A stretch of DNA of 64,000 bases from an uncultured Chloroflexia bacterium (GTDB lineage: Bacteria > Chloroflexota > Chloroflexia > Thermomicrobiales > UBA6265). The stretch covers positions 64,001 through 128,000 of the forward strand of contig CAVRUC010000008.1 in the NCBI GenBank assembly GCA_963724295.1. The letters are read 5' to 3'. The translations under genes were made by a program, and so were the position numbers. This document shows, piece by piece, positions 56,231 through 64,000 of the stretch. Within the stretch, counting starts at the first letter, position 1; every line of letters begins with the position of its first letter. The notes below the pieces were generated by a model. That model was not told the DNA's origin. It did not search any database and saw only the letters and a program-made list of their open reading frames with translations.

Positions 56231-56274
56231 CGGAGAACCGGCGGAGAAGCGGCGGAGAACCGGCGGAGAAGCGG
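56231..56274. repeat. 11-bp tandem repeat x4 in a divergent promoter region
   Basis: CGGAGAACCGG CGGAGAAGCGG CGGAGAACCGG CGGAGAAGCGG. Confidence 0.9.
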
Positions 56275-56479
56275 CTTGGCCTGATTCGTGCGTTCGCCCG
56301 CGATGAAGAAGTGAATGCCATCGGTCTGTTTTCCATCAATTGTGCGGATGGCTCTGACCAGGTCGTTGCACACGATTGATTTGCGTCCGCGTCCGTAATT
56401 GCAGACCGATCTCGGATCTTGTGGGTCTGAACCGGCTAACGGTGCCGGCTCTCATGAGAAGGAATGGAGTGATTCGGCG

Positions 56480-57148
56480 ATGGCGGTTGCTCATGCCACG
56501 TTGCAGCGCCTCACACCGGCGCCGGGCACACCAGACGTTGCAGCGGCGTTACTCGACCGGGCCCGAGCGCTGAGCACGATTCTCGCGCTGCTTGCCACCA
56601 ATAGCCACCAGATCACCCGCGCGGCCGCAATCATCGCCGAGGCCCTCGCCGCCGGCCATCTCGTCATGGTCTGCGGGAATGGCGGCAGCGCGGCCGAGGC
56701 CCAGCATCTCGCCGGCGAGCTCGTCGGGCGGTTCCGGCGTGAACGAGAGCCGTGGCCGGTGCTGGCATTGACGGCGGACTCGGCGGTCTTGACCGCGGTC
56801 GCCAACGATTACGGCTACGAGACCGTCTTCGCGCGACAGGTCGCCGCGTTCGGTCATCAGGGGGATGTGCTGGTCGGCATCAGCACCAGCGGTGAGTCGC
56901 CGAACGTCATCAATGCCGCCTGCCAGGCTCGTGAGCGTGGCATGTCCGTCATTGCCTTGACCGGGCGCGAGCCGACCCGGCTGGGTCTCTTCTCGGACGT
57001 GGCTATCGCCGTTCCCGCGACCGAGACCGCGCTCGTCCAGGAAGTCCACTCGGTCCTGGTTCATCTGATTAGCGAGGTCGTGGAGTCGAGCCTGGCTCAA
57101 CAGAGTATCGAAAGGACAGCAGTCGATGCAGCGCGCGCTCTTCCTTGA
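56480..57148 (+). CDS. gmhA: Sedoheptulose-7-phosphate isomerase
   Basis: CGNGGSAAEAQHLAGELVGRF, TAVANDYG..VFARQV, GISTSGESPNV, VQEVH. Confidence 0.93.
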   Translation: MAVAHATLQRLTPAPGTPDVAAALLDRARALSTILALLATNSHQITRAAAIIAEALAAGHLVMVCGNGGSAAEAQHLAGELVGRFRREREPWPVLALTADSAVLTAVANDYGYETVFARQVAAFGHQGDVLVGISTSGESPNVINAACQARERGMSVIALTGREPTRLGLFSDVAIAVPATETALVQEVHSVLVHLISEVVESSLAQQSIERTAVDAARALP

Positions 57149-57755
57149 TCGGGATGGGACCCTGGTCGAGCCCCGGCACTATCCCTCGCGTCCCGAAGAT
57201 CTGGTCCTGTCCCCGGGAATTGGTCCGCTGCTCCGCATGTTTCAGACATCCGGCTGGGAGCTCGTCGTCGTCACGAATCAATCGGGGATCGCCCGCGGCT
57301 ATTTCACGGAGCATGATCTGGAGTGCATGCACGACAGGCTGCGAGAGATGCTCCGTGTCTGGGGCGTCGAGCTGAGCGCGATCGCGTACTGCCCGCACCA
57401 CGTCGACGGCGCCCTGCCGCACCTGGCCATCCCCTGCGCCTGCCGCAAACCGGAACCAGGGATGCTGCTCGAGATCGCTGCCACCCGCGACATCGACCTC
57501 ACTCGCTCGTGGATGATCGGAGACATCCTCGACGACGTGGAGGCCGGTAACCGGGCCGGCTGCCAGACGGTCCTGGTGGACCTGGGAACAGAACGGTCTC
57601 CCGCTCATGCCGGCCGCTGGCCACGGATGGTGGCCCGTTCGACTGCCGACGCTCTGCGGTATATCGCCGTTGCCGAAGACTTGCTGCCGGTGAGCTCGGC
57701 GCCGCCTCAGATCATGCCCCGAGCGTGGTACTCCGCTACCGCGGCGGTGCACTGA
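57126..57755 (+). CDS. gmhB: Heptose-1,7-bisphosphate phosphatase (HAD IIIA)
   Basis: ALFLDRDGTL, VVTNQSGIARG, YCPHH, CACRKPEPGML, WMIGD. Confidence 0.92.
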   Translation: MQRALFLDRDGTLVEPRHYPSRPEDLVLSPGIGPLLRMFQTSGWELVVVTNQSGIARGYFTEHDLECMHDRLREMLRVWGVELSAIAYCPHHVDGALPHLAIPCACRKPEPGMLLEIAATRDIDLTRSWMIGDILDDVEAGNRAGCQTVLVDLGTERSPAHAGRWPRMVARSTADALRYIAVAEDLLPVSSAPPQIMPRAWYSATAAVH

Positions 57756-59269
57756 TGGTTGCCATGGGCCCTCGGGCGTCGGCGGTCGACATTGTTCGCG
57801 GGTTCCCCGGACTACGCGTCCTGGTCGTCGGTGACGCGATGCTCGACACCTGGCTCGAAGGCGAGGCCATCCGCCTCTGCAAGGAGGCCCCGGTCCCGGT
57901 CGTCCGCGAGGCTAGCACCACGCACTGCGCGGGAGGCGCGGCCAACACGGCTGCCAACCTCGCCGCGCTTGGCGCCGAGGTCAGCTTCGTCTCTCTCATC
58001 GGACGGGACTCTGCCGGAGATCACGTGCGTCAGGCGCTGCGCGAGGCTGGAATCGACGACGCCGGTCTGGTCGAAGATAGCGCCGTCTCCAGCTTGCACA
58101 AGCTCCGCGTCATCGCCAATGGCCAGTACGTCGTGCGCTTCGACGAAGGCGACACCGAGCAGGCGAGCGAGCGCAGCCGCGCCTCGCTGCTACGACGCAT
58201 CGCCGACATGTATGCCCGCTGCGATGCCGTCGTGGTCTCCGATTATTGCCACGGCACCGTCTGCGACCAGGTTATCGCCACGCTCACCCGGCTGCGCGAG
58301 CGCGGTCAGAAGGTGGTCGTCGTCGACTCGAAGGAGATCGCGCGGTTCTCCGACCTCCGGGCAACAATGGTCACCCCAAACCTGAGGGAAGCGCACCGCG
58401 CCGCCGATCCCCGCGGTTCGGCTGATCCACGGTCGGGCCTTGCGGCCGCCAGCGAGGTGGGGACCCGGCTGCGGTCGCTCTTGAGCGCCGATCACATCGC
58501 GGTCACGATGGCGAACGAGGGCGTCCTGCTCGTCGGACCGGCGGGGGAGCAAACGCATCTCCCCTGTCACCCGGTCGAGCGCGCCGGCGACGTCGGAGCC
58601 GGCGACACCTTCACCGCGGCCACCTCGCTGGCCCTGGCGACAGGCGCGACAGCGGCGCAGGCCGTCCGCGTTGGCATCGATTCCGCATCGATCGCGGTCA
58701 CCCGCAGCCGGACATCGGTCGTCTCATACCAGGACCTTCTGCGCCGGGTCAGCCTCGACGACAATGCGGAAACGCTCTCACTCAAGGACGTCGTCGCCAG
58801 GCTCGAGGGCGAGCGCTTTCTCGGCAAGCGCATCGTCTTTACCAACGGCGTGTTCGACATCCTCCATGCCGGACACGTCCAGCTCTTGCGGCGTGCCCGC
58901 GCGCTGGGCGATGTCCTGGTCGTTGGTCTCAACTCGGACGCCAGCACGAGACGGCTCAAGGGTCCGACCCGTCCCGTCAATCGGGAGTCGGACCGGATCG
59001 CCCTGGTCAGTGCCCTTGACGTCGTCGATTACGCGGTCTTGTTCGACGAGGACACCCCGGCAGAGCTCATCCGAGCGATCCGCCCGCACGTCCACGTCAA
59101 GGGCGGCGACTACCTGGCCGAGTCCCTACCCGAGATCGGGGCGGTCCATGAGGTTGGCGCCGAAGTGGAGATCCTGTCGCTCGTCGCCGGACGCAGCACC
59201 ACGGCGCTGATCGACCGCATCGTGGCCACTGCCACGGCAGCGAGCGACCGCTCGGGTCTTGCCCAATGA
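57755..59269 (+). CDS. hldE: Bifunctional heptose-7-phosphate kinase / heptose-1-phosphate nucleotidyltransferase
   Basis: VVGDAMLD, EAPVPV, GGAANTAAN, TPNLRE, DVGAGDTF. C-terminal VFTNGVFDILHAGH, VGLNSDAS, VKGGDY, GRSTT. Confidence 0.93.
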   Translation: MVAMGPRASAVDIVRGFPGLRVLVVGDAMLDTWLEGEAIRLCKEAPVPVVREASTTHCAGGAANTAANLAALGAEVSFVSLIGRDSAGDHVRQALREAGIDDAGLVEDSAVSSLHKLRVIANGQYVVRFDEGDTEQASERSRASLLRRIADMYARCDAVVVSDYCHGTVCDQVIATLTRLRERGQKVVVVDSKEIARFSDLRATMVTPNLREAHRAADPRGSADPRSGLAAASEVGTRLRSLLSADHIAVTMANEGVLLVGPAGEQTHLPCHPVERAGDVGAGDTFTAATSLALATGATAAQAVRVGIDSASIAVTRSRTSVVSYQDLLRRVSLDDNAETLSLKDVVARLEGERFLGKRIVFTNGVFDILHAGHVQLLRRARALGDVLVVGLNSDASTRRLKGPTRPVNRESDRIALVSALDVVDYAVLFDEDTPAELIRAIRPHVHVKGGDYLAESLPEIGAVHEVGAEVEILSLVAGRSTTALIDRIVATATAASDRSGLAQ

Positions 59270-60420
59270 ACGCGCGCGACCTGCACGTGCACGTGCATGA
59301 GGAGTGGCGGGATGCACGGCGCGTGCTGGCCGTCCGCCTCGACAACCTCGGCGATGTGCTGGTCACGACACCGGCCATCCACGCCATGCGGGAGTCGCTG
59401 CCAGACGCCGCGATCACGTTGCTGGCGAGTCCCGTTGGCGCTCAGGCGGGACGGTTGAACCCGGACGTCGATGAAGTCGTCGTCTATAACGCGCCATGGA
59501 TGGACCCGTGGAGCCGCCTTCCCCTCGACCCAGCGCGGGAGATGCAGGCGATTGCCGAGCTCAGCGCCGGACGCTACGACGCGGCGGTGATCTTCACCTC
59601 GTTTCGTCAGAGCCCGTTACCTTCCGCCTATCTCTGCTACCTGGCCGGCATCCCCCTCCGTCTGGCCGCCTCGATCGACGGACCGGGCTCGCTCCTCACG
59701 ACGCGACACCGCCACCCGGAGCGGATGATGCACGAGGTAGAGCGCGGTCTCGATCTGGTCGCCGCGGTCGGCATGCGCACGAGTGATGACCGGCTCGTGC
59801 TGCGCGTCCCGGACAGCGCCCGCGACGAGATCGCCGGTCTCGTCTCCGGTCAGCGACCGCTGATCGTGGTTCATCCCGGGTGCAGCATGCCGGCCCGCAC
59901 CTACCCCTGGGAGCAGTATGTCGAGGTCATCGACCTCCTGGTGCGGGACCTGGGCGCGCGCGTGGTGCTCACCGGCGGGGACGACGAACGACCGTTGGTC
60001 GACATGATCCTGGCTCGTCTCGACCCCTGGAACCGCACCCAGGTCATGGACGCGGCCGGCTCGCTGGGCTTCTCCGCATTTTGCGCGCTGGTCGAAACCG
60101 CCGACGCGGTCGTCACGAACAACACCGGTCCCATGCACATGGCGGCCGCCCTCGGTACGCCAGTGGTGGCCCTCTTCGCGCTGACCAATCCACCAGAGCA
60201 GTGGGGTCCATGGCGAGTGCCGCATCGCATGCTGTGGCACGAGGTACCGTGCCGCCTCTGCTACAGCCGCATCTGCCCAACGACACACGACTGCCTGCGC
60301 CAGGTGGAGCCGCGGCAGGTGGTCGAGGCGGTGGCGGACCTGCTGAGCGAGGCCGGTCTTGCTTCGACACCACAGCAATGGACCGCGCCCGCGTCGATGC
60401 TGTCTGGATCGCACCCATGA
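59266..60420 (+). CDS. Glycosyltransferase family 9 (heptosyltransferase-like) 1
   Basis: VRLDNLGDVLVTTPAI, VHPG, TNNTGPMHMAAALGTPVVALF, CRLCYSRICP. Confidence 0.92.
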   Translation: MNARDLHVHVHEEWRDARRVLAVRLDNLGDVLVTTPAIHAMRESLPDAAITLLASPVGAQAGRLNPDVDEVVVYNAPWMDPWSRLPLDPAREMQAIAELSAGRYDAAVIFTSFRQSPLPSAYLCYLAGIPLRLAASIDGPGSLLTTRHRHPERMMHEVERGLDLVAAVGMRTSDDRLVLRVPDSARDEIAGLVSGQRPLIVVHPGCSMPARTYPWEQYVEVIDLLVRDLGARVVLTGGDDERPLVDMILARLDPWNRTQVMDAAGSLGFSAFCALVETADAVVTNNTGPMHMAAALGTPVVALFALTNPPEQWGPWRVPHRMLWHEVPCRLCYSRICPTTHDCLRQVEPRQVVEAVADLLSEAGLASTPQQWTAPASMLSGSHP

Positions 60421-61512
60421 GCGCCGAGAATCCCTGGCTCGCTGCCCGGAACCTGCTCGTGGTCCGGCTCGACAACACCGGCGACGTCGTCATGCTGGGT
60501 CCCGCATTGCGCGCCATCAAAACAGTTAGCCCCGCGTGCCAGATCACGCTGCTCGCCTCACCGGCGGGGGCCAAAGCGGCGCCGCTCCTGCCATGGATCG
60601 ACTCCGTGCTGGTCTGGAGATCGGTCTGGCAGGACCTGGGGCATCTCCCATTCGACCCCGCGCGCGAGAACGAGCTGATCCAGCTGATCGCCGAGCGTTC
60701 GTTCGACGCCGCGGTGATCTTCAGCTCGTTCAACCAGACGCCTCATGTCGCGGCGTATGTCTGTTACCTGGCCGGCATTCCTCTCCGCGCCGGGGAATCG
60801 AAGGAGTTCGGGGGAGCCACGCTCTCCACCGAGCTGCGCGGCACACCGGATGAAACCTATCAGGTCGACCGCAATCTCCACCTCGTCCACGCGCTTGGCT
60901 TCACCGAAGTCGACCCGGCTCTGGAGATCGTGATCCCGGATGCCAGCCGGGAGGCGGTGGCAGCGGCGCCTCCGGGACGCCGGGATCAGCCCGGACCAGC
61001 CATTGGCTGTGCTTCATCCCGGCGCCAGCGCGGAAGCCCGTCGCTACCCGGCGGCGCAATTCCAGCACGTGGCCGAACTGTTGCGGGCGCGGGGGTGGCC
61101 GCTCATCGTGACCGGCTCAGAGCGGGAGCGAGACCTGCTCGAGATCGTTGTTGGCGACAACGTCGCCACACCGATCTTCACTGACCTGTCGATCCAGGAG
61201 TTCGCGGCACTCGTGGCGCGGGCATCGGCGGTGGTCTGCGGCAACACGTTACCCCTGCACCTGGCCGACGCGACCCGTACCCCGGTGGTCGCGCTCTATT
61301 CCGGCACGGACGTGATCACCCAGTGGGCCCCCCGCTTCGCGCCATCGCGGGTGCTGCAACGAGCCACGGACTGCGCGCCCTGCTACCGCTTCACCTGCCC
61401 GATCGGTCTGCCCTGTCTCGACGTCGATCCGGAAGAGGTCGTGGCGGCGGTCGAGGCGCTCGCGTCCTCGGCGCCGGTTCGCGCCAACGCATCCCGGATG
61501 GTGACGGTATGA
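60417..61512 (+). pseudogene. Glycosyltransferase family 9 no. 2 with a single +1 frameshift near 60960 (possibly an assembly error)
   Basis: VRLDNTGDVVMLGPAL...ASREAV, then one extra G before QRRLRDAG...LHPGASAEARRY...GNTLPLHLADA...CAPCYRFTCP. Confidence 0.85.
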
Positions 61513-62600
61513 CGACCCGGATCCATCACCAAACCGGGATGAGCTCGGGCGCTGATCCGTCACGGATCGCGGTCTTTCAGGCGCTCAATCTGGGAGATCT
61601 CCTCTGCGCGACGCCCGCGCTGCGCGCCATCCGCGGTCGATTCCCGGCCGCCGAGATCACTTTCATCGGCCGCCCCTGGGCCGAGAATTTCGTGGCGCGG
61701 CTGGCGACGGTCGATCGCTTCCTGCCGTTCCCCGGGTATCCAGGGATCGCGGAGTCGCCCACCGACGCCGCGCGGGCGGCCCCGCGCTGGCCACGGTTCG
61801 ACCTCGCCATCCAGATGCATGGCTCGGGGGAGGTGAGCAACGGCTTCGTCGCGACACTCGAGGCGACGCGCTCGGTTGGCTTCGGTCCGCCGGGAGATCA
61901 GCGCCTGACGACGGCGTTGCGCTGGGTCGAGAGCGAGCCGGAGCCGCTGCGGTGGCTGCGGCTTGCGGAGGCGATCGGCGCCGCGCCTGCTGGCCGGTCC
62001 ATCGAGTTTCCACTGACTCCCGCTGAACGGATCAAGGCGGCAGCGCTGATCGGTTCCCCTGATGGACGCCCGGTGATCGGCCTCCATGTCGGCTCATCCC
62101 ACCCCAGCCGGCGCTGGCCGGCGGAGTCGTTCGCCAGACTTGGCGACAGGCTGGCGGCACAGCGGCAAGTGCGGATCGTCCTGACCGGATCGGATCAGGA
62201 GCGATCCCTAACGGCGGCGGTGGGTCGCGCGATGAGCGCGCCCGCGATCGATCTGGCCGGCATGACCGATCTCGGCGAGTTCGCCGCGGTCATCTCGGCC
62301 CTCGATCTGCTGGTCACGAACGACACCGGCGCCTCGCACGTCGCCGCGGCCACGCGGACACCAAGCGTCGTCCTTTTCGGACCGAGTCGCCCCGATCGGT
62401 GGGCTCCACTTGACCGGCGCCGGCATCAGGTCATCGACGCCGCGTCGTACCCCGGCGCGCCTGCCGATGGCACGGCCGCGCTACACGCTGTTCCCGTCGA
62501 CGACGTTCTCGCCGCGTGCCTTGGACATGCAGACCTGCAATCACCACTGTCCGCTGGCAATCGGTTCTCGGACCAGGAGCACATCGCGTGGGCCGGTTGA
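61509..62600 (+). CDS. Glycosyltransferase family 9 no. 3
   Basis: FQALNLGDLLCATPALRAI, HVGSSHPSRRWP, VTNDTGASHVAAA..TPSVVLFGP. Confidence 0.92.
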   Translation: MTTRIHHQTGMSSGADPSRIAVFQALNLGDLLCATPALRAIRGRFPAAEITFIGRPWAENFVARLATVDRFLPFPGYPGIAESPTDAARAAPRWPRFDLAIQMHGSGEVSNGFVATLEATRSVGFGPPGDQRLTTALRWVESEPEPLRWLRLAEAIGAAPAGRSIEFPLTPAERIKAAALIGSPDGRPVIGLHVGSSHPSRRWPAESFARLGDRLAAQRQVRIVLTGSDQERSLTAAVGRAMSAPAIDLAGMTDLGEFAAVISALDLLVTNDTGASHVAAATRTPSVVLFGPSRPDRWAPLDRRRHQVIDAASYPGAPADGTAALHAVPVDDVLAACLGHADLQSPLSAGNRFSDQEHIAWAG

Positions 62601-63574
62601 ACGTCCTGATCTGGCACATCCACGGCAGCTATCTCAACGCGCTGGCACGCGTCGATCACGACTGGATGCTCCCCGTAAAAGCGGGGCGGCCAGAGGGCTA
62701 CGGCGGGCGCGGCGCGACCTTTGACGTGCCCCCGAACATGCGGGAAGTCGCCGCCGAAGAAGTCCGCAACCTCGATATCGACGTCGTCGTGCTGCAAACC
62801 CCGAAGAACCTGCGGCAGGACGTGCCGGAGCTGCTCAGCCCGGACCAGCGGCGCCTTCCCACCCTCTATCTGGAGCACAACGTGCCGCGCCCCGACGCCG
62901 TGAACACGCGGCACCCCTTCGCCGACGAGCCGGGTCTGCTCGTCCACGTAACGCCGTACAACCGGCTGATGTGGGACAACGGCCCCCGGCCCACCCGCGT
63001 CATCGCCCACAGCGTCGCGTTGGACTCCGGCATCACCTATGAGGGCACCGTCGCCCGTGGCATCAGCGTCGTCAACGGCATGCAGGCACGTCCCCGGATC
63101 GCCGGCTATGACCTCTTCCTTCAGGCACGGAGCAAGGTGCCGCTCGACGCCGTCGGCATGGGCACGGAGGCGTTCGGTGGGCTGGGCGACGTCCCGTATC
63201 GAGACCTGCACCGGCTGACGGCCCGCTACCGGTTCCTGTTCAGCCCGATGCGCTACACCAGTCTGCCCCTGGCCGTCGTCGAAGCGATGTCGATCGGCAT
63301 GCCGGTTGTCGCTCTGGCCACGACCGCCCTCCCCGACGTGATCCAGGACGGCGTCAATGGCTATATCTCCAGCGACCCCGACGTGCTCATCGAGCGTATG
63401 AAAGCGCTCATCGCTGATCCCGAGCTGGCCCGCGCGCTGGGTCAGCGAGCGCGAGAGACCGCGCGCGAGCGGTTCGGGCTGGATCGGTTCCGCGCGGAAT
63501 GGGACGACGCGCTCCGTGCCACCATCGAGTTGACGACCGGGACCGCCCCGGCGCCGGCGGAGCTGCGCCGATGA
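62588..63574 (+). CDS. Glycosyltransferase family 4-like
   Basis: LIWHIHGSYL, YLEHNVP, RYTSLPLAVVEAMSIGMPVVA, DGVNGY. Confidence 0.9.
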   Translation: MGRLNVLIWHIHGSYLNALARVDHDWMLPVKAGRPEGYGGRGATFDVPPNMREVAAEEVRNLDIDVVVLQTPKNLRQDVPELLSPDQRRLPTLYLEHNVPRPDAVNTRHPFADEPGLLVHVTPYNRLMWDNGPRPTRVIAHSVALDSGITYEGTVARGISVVNGMQARPRIAGYDLFLQARSKVPLDAVGMGTEAFGGLGDVPYRDLHRLTARYRFLFSPMRYTSLPLAVVEAMSIGMPVVALATTALPDVIQDGVNGYISSDPDVLIERMKALIADPELARALGQRARETARERFGLDRFRAEWDDALRATIELTTGTAPAPAELRR

Positions 63575-64000
63575 CCCGCCGCGTCGCCATGATCAGCGAG
63601 CACGCCAGTCCGCTCGCCCTCCTGGGCGGGGTCGACGCGGGCGGGCAGAATGTCTATGTCGATGCGGTGAGCCGCGGCCTCGTCGCTCACGGGTACGAGA
63701 CCGACGTCTTCACGGTGCGCGGCGACCTGGCGCAGCCGCGGGTCACCACCTGGGCGGACGGTGTCCGCGTCATCGAGATCCCGGTCGGTACCGGCGCTCC
63801 CCTGCCGAAAGACGCGCTCTGGCCCCACATGCCGGCGTTCCGGAACGCGATCGACCGCTTTGCCGATGGCGAAGGCACGGGGTACGACCTTATTCACGGG
63901 AATTTCTGGATGTCCGGTTGGGTGGCCGGGGAGCTCCGATCATGGTGGCGCACCCCGACGGTACAGATCTTTCACGCCACCGGTGTCACCAAGCTGCGCG
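63571..64000 (+). CDS. Glycosyltransferase family 4 (MshA-like N-terminus), truncated by window edge
   Basis: Not in the ORF track. Manual translation MTRRVAMISEHASPLALLGGVDAGGQNVYV...YDLIHGNFWMSG...VQIFHA. Confidence 0.9.
   Translation, partial: MTRRVAMISEHASPLALLGGVDAGGQNVYVDAVSRGLVAHGYETDVFTVRGDLAQPRVTTWADGVRVIEIPVGTGAPLPKDALWPHMPAFRNAIDRFADGEGTGYDLIHGNFWMSGWVAGELRSWWRTPTVQIFHATGVTKLR

Noticed and set aside
63571..64000. mshA (mycothiol synthesis)
   Set aside because: The N-terminal motif is shared by a wider GT4 subgroup found in such glycosyltransferase clusters. The gene is truncated and its context is the heptose operon.

Overview
GC-rich bacterial chromosomal window. The lineage is inferred from gene style to be Chloroflexota, probably Thermomicrobiales-like, and is not proven. 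Housekeeping content: CIRCE-hrcA-grpE-dnaK, folB-folE-folP-folK, glgX, mreB, adenosine deaminase and mscL. Catabolic and redox genes: BKACE with an M81 peptidase, amidase, two LLM oxidoreductases, MarR with a P450, a peptide ABC importer with SolA and an M20 hydrolase, and a sulfite-oxidase-family Mo enzyme. Accessory content: a decaying sulfation/glycan-modification island at about 16-26.3 kb, a DUF4160/DUF2442/DUF4926 cassette, and a gmhA-gmhB-hldE + 3xGT9 + 2xGT4 nucleotide-heptose cluster that runs off the right edge. A MosB-like molybdenum storage protein, missed by the ORF track, runs off the left edge. The best signals not explained by the ORF track are: (1) an ~81-nt candidate sRNA at 38731-38811 (-) with its own sigma70 promoter, two hairpins with C-rich anti-SD-like loops and a U-tract; (2) a perfect Gram-positive-type LexA box over the promoter of a Rad52-like annealing protein; (3) a guaB-like gene collapsed to its first ~44 and last ~17 codons; (4) a 91-bp ungapped duplicated non-coding element and ~300-bp direct repeats inside the sulfotransferase island; (5) a dispersed REP-like element present twice. 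No rRNA, tRNA, CRISPR array, transposase or integrase was recognised. All family assignments come from motif recognition by eye, not from database searches.
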